From positions 1-58,699 of the IMG/VR virus record IMGVR_UViG_3300008262_000059: a DNA stretch of 58,699 nucleotides; one strand, written 5' to 3'. Numbering within the stretch: the stretch's first letter is position 1; every line of letters starts with the position of its first letter. Position numbers and translations under genes: made by a program. The notes beneath the pieces are model-generated. The model was given only the letters and a program-made list of their open reading frames with translations, did not search any database and was not told where the DNA came from. Shown here piece after piece: positions 44,807-53,453 of the stretch. The DNA is from a virus (Duplodnaviria > Caudoviricetes).

Positions 44807-45164
44807 TCCTGTCAGTTATAAAATCATCGTGCCGGAGGATTTCTTTTCCTTCTTGGACGCGGCTATTGAACACGCGCAGCGAACACGGGGCGTAAAGGTC
44901 TCGCGCCGCCGCGTCTGCATGGCGTCCGGTTTGTCGCACGCGACCATCTGGGAAGCTGAGAAGTCGAAGCGTGATCTCAAGTTTTCGACAATCATCCGGT
45001 GCTGCACCGTCTTAGGCTATGAGATGAAGCTTGTTCGGCTGCCTCCGCCCCAGTCTGTCACGGATTACGATGAGGCCATCCGCGAGAGGCCGGGGAAACG
45101 GAAGACTCCGCCGCGCGGGGGCGTGAACTTCTTCAAGCGCAAAGAGGCTGCGCCCCCTGAATAG
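44793..45164 (+). CDS. XRE-like HTH protein
   Basis: SRRRVCMASGLSHATIWEAE..DLKFSTI..VLGY. Confidence 0.65.
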   Translation: MAKRNPVSYKIIVPEDFFSFLDAAIEHAQRTRGVKVSRRRVCMASGLSHATIWEAEKSKRDLKFSTIIRCCTVLGYEMKLVRLPPPQSVTDYDEAIRERPGKRKTPPRGGVNFFKRKEAAPPE

Positions 45165-45170
45165 GGGGCG
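45151..45170. terminator. GC hairpin at the end of the TerS unit
   Basis: CGCCCCCT-GAAT-AGGGGGCG perfect 8-bp stem between convergent genes; no U tract. Confidence 0.4.
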
Positions 45171-45229
45171 CGATGACGGTCGGAATTTAGGGCGCGATGA
45201 CGGTCGGAATTTAGGGCGCGATGACGGTC
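45166..45229. repeat. 24-bp tandem repeat, 2.7 copies
   Basis: GGGCGCGATGACGGTCGGAATTTA at 45166 and 45190, partial at 45214; no spacers. Confidence 0.92.
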
Positions 45230-45256
45230 TGAACCCCAGGAGCCTGGGCTGGGCTG

Positions 45257-45613
45257 TCAGAACCCCGCCCAGCTGATCCGGTCTGCCCCCTGCCTGTCCT
45301 CGAACACGTTTCCGCGCCGAAAGTTGAGGGCGGGCGTCTGCCAGCCTGCGGCCTTCAATATGTCGCCGCGCTGGAACCCGCCGCCGTCTGACAGAACGAC
45401 AAACGAGTGCGCGCTGCGCCCGTTGCGCCGTCCGTCGATGATCTTGACGTATTTTCTGCCTATCTCAAGGGTGAGACTGACAGAAAAGTCTTCGATCATT
45501 TCCGCGACGTGCGATTCCTCTCCGCGTCCCTGCCAGCTGGCGCGATAGTCCTCCGCGAGTCGTTCAAGGTAGGCCATGAGGGCTGCGCCCATGTCGGCGT
45601 CAATCTGTGGCAT
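45257..45613 (-). CDS. Phage early protein
   Basis: GRKYVKI..SAHSFV..GDILKAAGW..PA..RGNV; AGGAG RBS. Confidence 0.7.
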   Translation of the reverse strand: MPQIDADMGAALMAYLERLAEDYRASWQGRGEESHVAEMIEDFSVSLTLEIGRKYVKIIDGRRNGRSAHSFVVLSDGGGFQRGDILKAAGWQTPALNFRRGNVFEDRQGADRISWAGF

Positions 45614-45688
45614 GGTGTTCGCTCCTGCGCGTGGGTGAGCGCGTCCGGCGCGATGCCGGACGCTGTGCTGCTGGTCCTGCCGGGGCCG

Positions 45689-46594
45689 CTATGCAGCCTC
45701 GGTCACGGGCGCGCCACCGTGGCGCGTCATCATGTTATCAAGCCACTGCTCGGGGTTCTTGATCGCCTCATCGCTGATGTGCGCCGCGCCGATATAGAGG
45801 CTTTCGCAGGCGTCGGGGATCGCGCGGGACAGGATTGCGTGCGCGTGCTCCCTGATCGCGGTCGGGCCCGCCCTGTAGGGCCAGAGTAAGTTACCGTCCC
45901 CGTTCGGCGCGCTCTCAGTCTCGTATGCCGCGCCGTAGTACAGGCGGCGCGCGGTCGAGGCTTGGCCCAGAATGTGCGCCATGCGTGCAAGGTCAAGTGG
46001 GGCCGTGTCGCAGCGCGTGAACACGTGCGTGGTGTCGTATGTGCGGTCGCCCTTCAAGTGGCCGCACGTGACGCTGACGCCCACATAAAGACTCACGGGG
46101 CGACTGGCCGAAAGCATCCGGACAAGCGCGAGAATGGCTGCGCCGCGCTTTTCTAGGTTCGCAGCGCTGATCCCTTGGCTTGATGCCACGTCAACGATAA
46201 TCGCGAGCGGGGCCTGATCGCTCGCGATGCGCTGGCGGCGGTTCATCGCGAGCGGGTGTCCTGCGAGCATTGCGGGCACGTTGGGCGAGCCTCCCGCCAC
46301 GCTGGGCACGATTTGCCAGCGGCGGGAGACTAGGGGGCGGTTTGTCAGTTTCTCAAGGTAAGCGTCGGACGCCGGGACAAGTGCCGGATCGCCTTCCTTG
46401 AAGCGGGCCAGCGACTCGTCAAAGGTCTGGTTTCCGCTCCAGCTGTCGCGACGGCCTTTCCGGCTGTCGCGCTCCGGGTTCACGCTCGCGAATAGCTGCG
46501 CGGTCTGGGCGGGGTCCCCGATCAAGAACGTATCGGACGCCGTGGGGTAGTCCTTGCGGATCGCCGGAATGGCGTCGAGGCGGGTGCGGATCAT
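45689..46594 (-). CDS. vWA-like partner of the AAA+ ATPase
   Basis: NVPAMLAGHPLAM; IIVDVASSQG (degenerate MIDAS); directly follows the AAA gene. Confidence 0.6.
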   Translation of the reverse strand: MIRTRLDAIPAIRKDYPTASDTFLIGDPAQTAQLFASVNPERDSRKGRRDSWSGNQTFDESLARFKEGDPALVPASDAYLEKLTNRPLVSRRWQIVPSVAGGSPNVPAMLAGHPLAMNRRQRIASDQAPLAIIVDVASSQGISAANLEKRGAAILALVRMLSASRPVSLYVGVSVTCGHLKGDRTYDTTHVFTRCDTAPLDLARMAHILGQASTARRLYYGAAYETESAPNGDGNLLWPYRAGPTAIREHAHAILSRAIPDACESLYIGAAHISDEAIKNPEQWLDNMMTRHGGAPVTEAA

Positions 46595-46597
46595 GGC

Positions 46598-48001
46598 TCA
46601 GGCTCCCTCGATCATGCGGCGTTGCTCGTCGCTCAGGCCCGCGAGATAGGTCATCTGCGCGGCCTCGTCGGGTGTGAAGCCTGCGGCGATAAGGGCCGCC
46701 CCTGCGCGCATCTGACGGGCGTCGATCAAGTGCTTGAGGCCAGCGGCTCGGGCACGCTCCCGCGCCGCCTGCACGCGGCGGGCGAAGGCTGCATCCCCCG
46801 CGAGCGCGATTTCGAGGGCGGGGTCAGCGTCGAACGGAATCTTGATCGGGAAGCGGGACAGGAACGCTGCATCCATGCGGTTTCGGCCCACAAAATCCGC
46901 TGTCGCGCCGGTCCCCCACGTGTTACCGGCTCCGACGATCACACAATTCGGGTGACGCTGCACGGTGCGGTCGGGGAAAGGGCAGTATCCGTTCGAGAGT
47001 GGCAAATTGAGCGCAAGGGTCGCATCCGGTCCCCAGCTGTCCAACTCGTCGAACAAAATAAGCCCGCCGAACTCGAACGCGCGCCGGAACTCGGTCGCAT
47101 GATAGTTGCCACCGGCGTCCACGAACCCCAGAAGCTCGAACGTCTGGTTCATTGCGCCATGCGCGAAGAAGTCGAGCCCTAACGCCTGTGCAACCTGTTT
47201 GCAGGCGTGCGATTTTCCAACGGCGGTTCCGCCCGTCAAGAATATCTGCGGGGCGAAGCCGTCTGGCGTGCGCGCGGTCGCGGCGCGGATCAGTTTCGCA
47301 AGCTGCGGGTGCGAATGTCCTTCGGTCGTGCCAGTGGTGCCATCCCAGCGCGCAACCTCGATCCGGACCGTTTGGACGTTCTCAAGGCGTCGCTCGACCA
47401 TGCGGGTGATCTCAGGCGCCAGCGCGCCCATGATGTGCGGGAGGACCATTGCAGCCAGTGCGGCCCCTGCGGCGTCTCCTGTCGGGGCGATGGTCGGCGT
47501 CGGGATCGGCGCGGGGGTCTCTGCCGCTGCGGGCGGCGGGGGCGGCGTGTCGGTTGCTGCGGCTGTCGTGCTGCCAGTCGTCGCGCCAGCGCGTTGGGCC
47601 GTCTCGATTGCGCGTTCAACATATCGCAGTTGCGCGTCGGTCGCCCAGCCTCCTTGCTTCGTCGTGATCGTCGAGAGGATTGCCAACGCTTTGTCAGCCG
47701 TTTCGTCGTGGCCAAGCGCGCGCAGGCGGGTTTGAATTTCCGCAAAGCGGCGGGCGGCGTCCGTGGTCGTCTCAGGGGTGTTCGTGCGCTCTTTCATGTT
47801 CTCGGTCTCCGTCTCGGCGTTCTCGAGGGTGTGTTCAATGTCGATGCCCAGCGTGGCGCAGGCGTTCAAAGTCTCGGTGCTGGTGAGCCCCGAAGCGTCG
47901 ATGCCGCGGGTTTTCCGGTAGTCCTGCCAGCCGGGATGCTTGATGATCGCGCGGCGCAATATCAGGCGCTCGTCGATTGTCAGTCTTCGGTGCTCTGTCA
48001 T
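46598..48001 (-). CDS. MoxR/CobS/CbbQ-type AAA+ ATPase
   Basis: Walker A GGTAVGKS, Walker B ILFDELD, AGNTWG, RNRMDAAFLSRF. Confidence 0.85.
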   Translation of the reverse strand: MTEHRRLTIDERLILRRAIIKHPGWQDYRKTRGIDASGLTSTETLNACATLGIDIEHTLENAETETENMKERTNTPETTTDAARRFAEIQTRLRALGHDETADKALAILSTITTKQGGWATDAQLRYVERAIETAQRAGATTGSTTAAATDTPPPPPAAAETPAPIPTPTIAPTGDAAGAALAAMVLPHIMGALAPEITRMVERRLENVQTVRIEVARWDGTTGTTEGHSHPQLAKLIRAATARTPDGFAPQIFLTGGTAVGKSHACKQVAQALGLDFFAHGAMNQTFELLGFVDAGGNYHATEFRRAFEFGGLILFDELDSWGPDATLALNLPLSNGYCPFPDRTVQRHPNCVIVGAGNTWGTGATADFVGRNRMDAAFLSRFPIKIPFDADPALEIALAGDAAFARRVQAARERARAAGLKHLIDARQMRAGAALIAAGFTPDEAAQMTYLAGLSDEQRRMIEGA

Positions 48002-48388
48002 GCTCTAGCCCTTTCTGTCGGCTGCTGAGTCAACGCTTTCCTTGTCTCATGATTCGGCCCCAGCTGTCAACGCGAATTGATAGACCGTTCTTTTTTTCGC
48101 TTTCATTCCGCTTCCGAAACATACTCCCGGCCTCTGGGCCGTGGTCCGTGATCCCCGCCCCTCCTGTCATGCTCCCGCTGTCATCTGTCAAAGGTCCCTG
48201 CGCCGCGGCGCTTTCCCGGCCCTGTCCCTGATTTTCTGCCAGCTGTCATCCGGTGCGGCTGTCATTGGTGCACGGTCCCCGGCCCTTGGTCCCTTGGCTG
48301 TCATTCATTGTCAGCTGTCAGGCGGAGGCTGGGCGTGCAGCTGTCAGGGTGGCAGCTGTCACGGGTCCCTTGCCCTGTCACGCTGTCA
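47978..48388 (+). repeat. Same-strand TGTCA (mostly CTGTCA) motif array
   Basis: 15 copies counted by hand, 12 of them within 48165-48388. Confidence 0.85.
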
Positions 48389-48615
48389 GGATTGCGCGCG
48401 GTTCGCGGACCCCGGTCCCCCGCCCGCGGCCCCCCGCTCGCGCGACCGCGCGTATATCACTATTTCTGCCGCTATTTTTTCAGTCGCGAAAAGTTTACTG
48501 CCGAGTTAAACTTTCTCAGGCGTTTCGGTGGCGTTACGATCTTCTCTCCCGTGGACCCCGGTCCCCGGTTCATGTACAAAGGCCCAAGGGACCCTACCCC
48601 CACCCACTGGAAAAA

Positions 48616-48633
48616 ATGTTTCACGTGAAACAT
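48616..48633. promoter_or_regulatory. parS: parS palindrome
   Basis: ATGTTTCACGTGAAACAT, a perfect 18-bp palindrome containing the bacterial chromosomal parS consensus. Confidence 0.85.
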
Positions 48634-48771
48634 CCCTCGTCGTCCAAGTACGACTACCCCGTCCCAACCAGCGGACCTGCGATGCGTGGCTGATGGGCGG
48701 GCCGATCACGGACAAGTGACCTTTACTTATTAGGCTTTTGTAAGTATGTGAGGAGACCTGAGAGGTCCCTC

Positions 48772-50238
48772 ATGTCTTCACTTGAGTTGCTTCCTGAAGA
48801 GGCGGCGAAGCGGTACGCGCAGCTTCTGGACCGCGCTGTTCAGATGACGAAGCAGGAAACGGCGCGCGAGAACTTCATTGATTTCGTGAAGTACGTGTGG
48901 CCGGGGTTCGTGGCCGGTCGTCACCACAAGATCGTTGCTGACAAGCTGGAGCGGGTAGCTCGCGGCGAGTTGAAGCGGCTGATTATCAATATGCCCCCGA
49001 GGCATACGAAATCGGAGTTTGCGAGCTTCCTGTTCCCGGCGTGGTTCATTGGCCGGATGCCGAATAAGAAGATCATGCAGGCGACCCATACCGCTGACTT
49101 GTCGGTAAGGTTTGGCCGCAAGGTTCGTAATCTGATGGACGGGGAGGATTACCACAGGGTCTTCCCGAACGTGAAGCTTAGGGCTGACAGCAAGGCGGCG
49201 TTTCGCTGGGAGACGGACGACGGCGGCGAGTATTACGCGGCGGGTGTCGGCTCGAACATCGCCGGTCGCGGCGCTGACTTGTTTATCGTGGACGATCCGC
49301 ACTCGGAACAGGACGCCCAATCCCCGACTGCGCTGGATGCGGCGTGGGAGTGGTATATGTCGGGTCCAAGGCAGCGTTTGCAGCCGGGAGGCGCGATTGT
49401 CGTGGTTATGACGCGCTGGGGCGATAAGGATTTGACAGCCCGTCTGTTGAAGCAGATGGCGACCGATCCAAAGGCGGATCAATGGGAAGTGGTCGAGTTT
49501 CCGGCGATCTTGGACAACGGCAAGTCTTTGTGGCCGGAATACTGGAAGGTTGATGAACTGGAGAAGATCCGGGCCTCGATCTCCACGTCGAAGTGGCAGG
49601 CGCAGTATATGCAGCAGCCGACTTCTGACACGGCGGCGATCATCAAGAGGGACTGGTGGCAGATCTGGGAGCGGGAGGATGTCCCGCGTCTTCAGTACGT
49701 TATGCAGTCTTACGACACCGCGTACCTCAAAACACGGACCTCGGACTTTACGGCTATCCAGACGTGGGGCGTGTTTTATCCGAAGGAGGATGCGGGGCCG
49801 AGCATCATATTGCTGGACGCCAAGAAGGGCCGGTGGGAGTTTCCGGACCTGAAGCGGATCGCGTATGAGGAGTTTAAGTACTGGGACCCGGACACGATCC
49901 TGATCGAAGCGAAGGCGGCGGGTATGCCTCTTACGCAGGAATTGCGGCAGATGGGGATACCTGTTGTTAACTTCACGCCGAGCCGAGGCAACGACAAGCA
50001 CGCCCGTGTGAACGCGGTAGCCCCGATGTTTGAGGCGGGTTTGGTGTGGAGGCCGGAGGCGTCTTGGGCGGAGGAAGTGGTCGAGGAAATCGCGGCCTTC
50101 CCGTTTGCTGACCATGATGATATGGTTGACTGTGCCACGCAGGCTTTGATGCGGTTCCGGCAGGGCGGATTCGTGACCCACCCAGAAGATTACCAGTTGG
50201 AAGAAGTTCCGCGGACCACGAACAGGGTTTACTACTGA
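48772..50238 (+). CDS. terL: Terminase large subunit
   Basis: NMPPRHTKS, IVDDPH, VMTRW, QSYDTA, FPFADHDDMVD. Confidence 0.95.
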   Translation: MSSLELLPEEAAKRYAQLLDRAVQMTKQETARENFIDFVKYVWPGFVAGRHHKIVADKLERVARGELKRLIINMPPRHTKSEFASFLFPAWFIGRMPNKKIMQATHTADLSVRFGRKVRNLMDGEDYHRVFPNVKLRADSKAAFRWETDDGGEYYAAGVGSNIAGRGADLFIVDDPHSEQDAQSPTALDAAWEWYMSGPRQRLQPGGAIVVVMTRWGDKDLTARLLKQMATDPKADQWEVVEFPAILDNGKSLWPEYWKVDELEKIRASISTSKWQAQYMQQPTSDTAAIIKRDWWQIWEREDVPRLQYVMQSYDTAYLKTRTSDFTAIQTWGVFYPKEDAGPSIILLDAKKGRWEFPDLKRIAYEEFKYWDPDTILIEAKAAGMPLTQELRQMGIPVVNFTPSRGNDKHARVNAVAPMFEAGLVWRPEASWAEEVVEEIAAFPFADHDDMVDCATQALMRFRQGGFVTHPEDYQLEEVPRTTNRVYY

Positions 50239-52688
50239 TGGCTTCTCCCTACTCCGGAATTGAACAGGCTCTTCCCAACAATCCGTCTCCCATGGACGAA
50301 GGTCCGGGGACCGAGATCGAAGTCCCCAATGAAGAGGGGATGGAGACAGAGGGCGAGGTGACGATTGAGGAAGACGAGGAGGGTGGCGCTACAGTCATAT
50401 TTGGACGCGACATCGAGTCGTTGGACATATCGTCGTTGGGCTTCGGAGATAACATCGCGGAAGTTCTTGATGACGAGCAGCTTTCGTCGATCAGTAAAGA
50501 GCTATGCACGGCGATTGAGGAAGACGATGCTGGCCGTGAGGAATGGAAGAAGGCGTATGAAGAGGGCCTTACTCTCCTTGGCCTTACGTACGAAGAACGC
50601 ACGGAACCGTTTAACGGTTCGACTGGCGTCGTTCATCCCCTTCTTAACGAAGCTGTGACGCAGTTTCAGGCGCAGGCTTACAAGGAGATGCTGCCAGCTG
50701 GCGGTCCTGCGCGCACGCTTGTCGTTGGTCAGGTGACTCCGGAGAAGGAGCAGCAGGCCGAGCGCGTCAAGTCGTATATGAATTATCAGATCACGGTCGA
50801 AATGGAGGAGTACGATCCCGAGTACGACCAGATGCTGTTTTATCTGGGCTATGGCGGGTCGGCCTTTAAGAAGGTTTATTACGACGGCGAGCTTCGGCGC
50901 GCTGTGTCTCCGTACGTGCTGCCGAAGGATTTGATTGTGCCGTATTCGGCGCGCGATCTTGGGACGGCGGAGCGTGTGACACACGTGCTTCGGATTTCGA
51001 AGAACAATCTTCGCAAGCAGCAGGTGTCGGGCTTCTATCGCGATGTCGAGATTCCCACCCCGACGCAGACGGAGCGGGACGAGATCGAGGAGAAGACGGA
51101 TAAGATTTCCGGTGTCGAGCCTTCGGGCGAGCCGGAGGATTACCTGATCTACGAGTGTCACTGCTTCCTTGATATTCCCGGTTTTGAAGACAAGGACGAG
51201 GACGGCAATCCGACAGGCATTAGCCTGCCGTACATTGTGACGGTGGATGCGACGAGCGGAACCATTCTGGCGATCCGCCGCAACTTCCGCGAGAACGACC
51301 CGAAGAAAAAGAAGAAGCAGTATTTTGTGCACTACAAGATGCTGCCGGGTATGGGCTTCTACGGCTTCGGGCTCATTCACCTTCTGGGCAATCTTTCCCG
51401 TTCTTCGACCTCGGTCCTTCGTCAGTTGATCGACTCTGGCACGCTCGCCAACATCCCGGCGGGTTTCAAGGCGAAGGGTATGCGTATTCAGGACGCCGAG
51501 AGCCCGATCCAGCCGGGAGAGTGGCGTGACGTTGACGCTCCGGGCGGGGCGCTGCGCGAGAACCTGATGCCGCTTCCCTACAAGGAGCCGAGCGCGACGT
51601 TGATGTCGCTGCTTGGGTTCTGCGTGACGGCGGGCGAGAAGTTCATTGGTTCGTCGGACATGGGCATGGGTGACAGCAACCAAGAGTTGCCTGTCGGTAC
51701 GACCATCGCGCTTTTGGAGCGTGGCAGCCGTGTGATGAGCGCGGTGCACAAGCGGATGCACTACGCGCAGAAGCAAGAGCTTCGTCTGCTGGCCGAGGTG
51801 TTCGCGGAGTATATGCCGCCGGAGTATCCGTATCAGGTCGAAGGTCAGAAGCCCACGATCAAGAAGCAGGACTTCGACGGTCGCGTTGACATCATCCCTG
51901 TCAGCGACCCGAACATCTTTAGTATGACGCAGCGTATCGCCTTGGCCCAGCAACAACTGACCTTGGCTCAGACCGCGCCGCAGATGCACAACACGTATGA
52001 GGCGTATCGACGTATGTATACGGCGCTTGGCGTCACCGACATCAACCTGATCCTGCCGCCTCCTCCGCAGCCGCAGCCGGAAGGTCCGGCGGTCGAGAAC
52101 TCGCGCGCCATGCTGGTTCCGAACGGGGCGCAGTCTTTGCGTGCCTTCCCGGAGCAGGATCATGTGGCTCACATCGACGCGCACATCGCGTTTATCAAGA
52201 CGCCGCTTATTCAGGCTTCTCCGCAGGTTTATGGGATATTGCTCGGTCACGTGTTTGAGCACGTCTCGTTTGCAGCCATGCAAACGGTGCGGGCACAGAT
52301 GCAGGACTTGATGCGTCCGCAGGTCGATCCGGTGAGTGGTAGGATGTTACCGCCTATCCCGCCTCCGGCTGAAATGCTGCAAGCCAGCGCCGCGAAGCTT
52401 GAGGCGGCGATGATTAATCAGATCATGGCGAGCATCGCTCCGCCTCCGGCTGACACGGCGAACAGCGCGGTTTTGGAATTGCAGAAGCGCGATCTTGATA
52501 TTCGCCAGCGGGCGCTTGAGGCGAAGGAAGAGGAGTCCGTCCTCAAGCTCGATCTTGAGGAACGCAAGCTTGCCGCCAAGGAGCGGATTGACGAGGAGCG
52601 TCGTCAATCAAACGAGGACATCGCTCAGCTGCGCGCGAACGTCTCGATTGAGCGAGCCCGTCTGTCAAACGAGGGTAAGGGCGTTTAG
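50238..52688 (+). CDS. Portal protein (P22-like, podovirus)
   Basis: 816 aa directly after TerL; HPLLNEAV..GSAFKKVY..GFYGFGLIH; C-terminal coiled-coil barrel. Confidence 0.88.
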   Translation: MASPYSGIEQALPNNPSPMDEGPGTEIEVPNEEGMETEGEVTIEEDEEGGATVIFGRDIESLDISSLGFGDNIAEVLDDEQLSSISKELCTAIEEDDAGREEWKKAYEEGLTLLGLTYEERTEPFNGSTGVVHPLLNEAVTQFQAQAYKEMLPAGGPARTLVVGQVTPEKEQQAERVKSYMNYQITVEMEEYDPEYDQMLFYLGYGGSAFKKVYYDGELRRAVSPYVLPKDLIVPYSARDLGTAERVTHVLRISKNNLRKQQVSGFYRDVEIPTPTQTERDEIEEKTDKISGVEPSGEPEDYLIYECHCFLDIPGFEDKDEDGNPTGISLPYIVTVDATSGTILAIRRNFRENDPKKKKKQYFVHYKMLPGMGFYGFGLIHLLGNLSRSSTSVLRQLIDSGTLANIPAGFKAKGMRIQDAESPIQPGEWRDVDAPGGALRENLMPLPYKEPSATLMSLLGFCVTAGEKFIGSSDMGMGDSNQELPVGTTIALLERGSRVMSAVHKRMHYAQKQELRLLAEVFAEYMPPEYPYQVEGQKPTIKKQDFDGRVDIIPVSDPNIFSMTQRIALAQQQLTLAQTAPQMHNTYEAYRRMYTALGVTDINLILPPPPQPQPEGPAVENSRAMLVPNGAQSLRAFPEQDHVAHIDAHIAFIKTPLIQASPQVYGILLGHVFEHVSFAAMQTVRAQMQDLMRPQVDPVSGRMLPPIPPPAEMLQASAAKLEAAMINQIMASIAPPPADTANSAVLELQKRDLDIRQRALEAKEEESVLKLDLEERKLAAKERIDEERRQSNEDIAQLRANVSIERARLSNEGKGV

Positions 52689-52690
52689 TC

Positions 52691-53452
52691 ATGGCTAGTC
52701 AGAACCCCTTCTTGATGAGGATTGGCGCTCGTGAGAGCGGCGGCAACTACGGCGCGCAGAGCCGCACCTCATCGGCAGGGGGCAAATATCAGTTCACGGA
52801 CGCGACGTGGCTGGCGACGATCCGCCGCGCGCGGCCCGATTTGAAAGGGGCGACCGACCGGGAGCTTCTTAAACTAAAGACGGATACGAGTGACGAAGGC
52901 AAGCTCATTCAGGAGCAGGCTGCCGAGTTCTACCTTCAGAACGACGTGATCCCGACATTGACCCGTCAGGGTATCGAGCCGACGCAGGGCAACGTCTATC
53001 TGGCGTGGTTTGCTGGCCCTGCCGGGGCGGCGAAGGTTTTAAAGTCGGACCCGAACACGCCGATCCGCGACCTTCTTGGCGACAAGGTGATCGAGGCGAA
53101 TAGGTCGATCAAGCTTGGGGACAAGACGTTCGATCAGTTCACCTCGTCGGACCTGACGACTTGGGCGGGCAGTAAGGGCACGGGCAGCGCGCCGTACGTC
53201 AAGGCTTCCCTTGAAGACGAGGGCGGGCAGCCCGAGACGGAGGAGACGACGGCGGACGTCTTGGATGAGACGGTCCCGGCTCAAGCTCCGGCTGGCAGGA
53301 CGCGTGACATAGCTAACCTTGCTCGGTACTATCAGAGCATGGATCAATCGCGGGCTGCACCGCTTCTTGAGATTCCTAATCTTATGGCGGCGCGCCAGCA
53401 GGAGCAGGAGTCGCAACAGGGTGGAATTGCTTCACTTTTCCCCTACGGTTAG
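52691..53452 (+). CDS. Lysozyme-fold/lytic transglycosylase virion protein
   Basis: RESGG..SSAGGKYQFTDATW..YLAWFAGPAGA. Confidence 0.78.
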   Translation: MASQNPFLMRIGARESGGNYGAQSRTSSAGGKYQFTDATWLATIRRARPDLKGATDRELLKLKTDTSDEGKLIQEQAAEFYLQNDVIPTLTRQGIEPTQGNVYLAWFAGPAGAAKVLKSDPNTPIRDLLGDKVIEANRSIKLGDKTFDQFTSSDLTTWAGSKGTGSAPYVKASLEDEGGQPETEETTADVLDETVPAQAPAGRTRDIANLARYYQSMDQSRAAPLLEIPNLMAARQQEQESQQGGIASLFPYG

Positions 53453-53453
53453 T

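Noticed and set aside
44793-45164. Lysogeny repressor
   Set aside because: HTH only; no peptidase domain, divergent cro or integrase
45166-45229. CRISPR mini-array
   Set aside because: Repeats are directly adjacent with no spacers, and there are no cas genes
47977-48719. Several overlapping 60-146-aa ORFs, including an MFHVKH-containing frame
   Set aside because: Translations of the TGTCA/GGTCCC repeats and the parS palindrome; no coherent coding signal
48778-52283. 467-aa and 593-aa antisense ORFs
   Set aside because: Shadows of terL and portal
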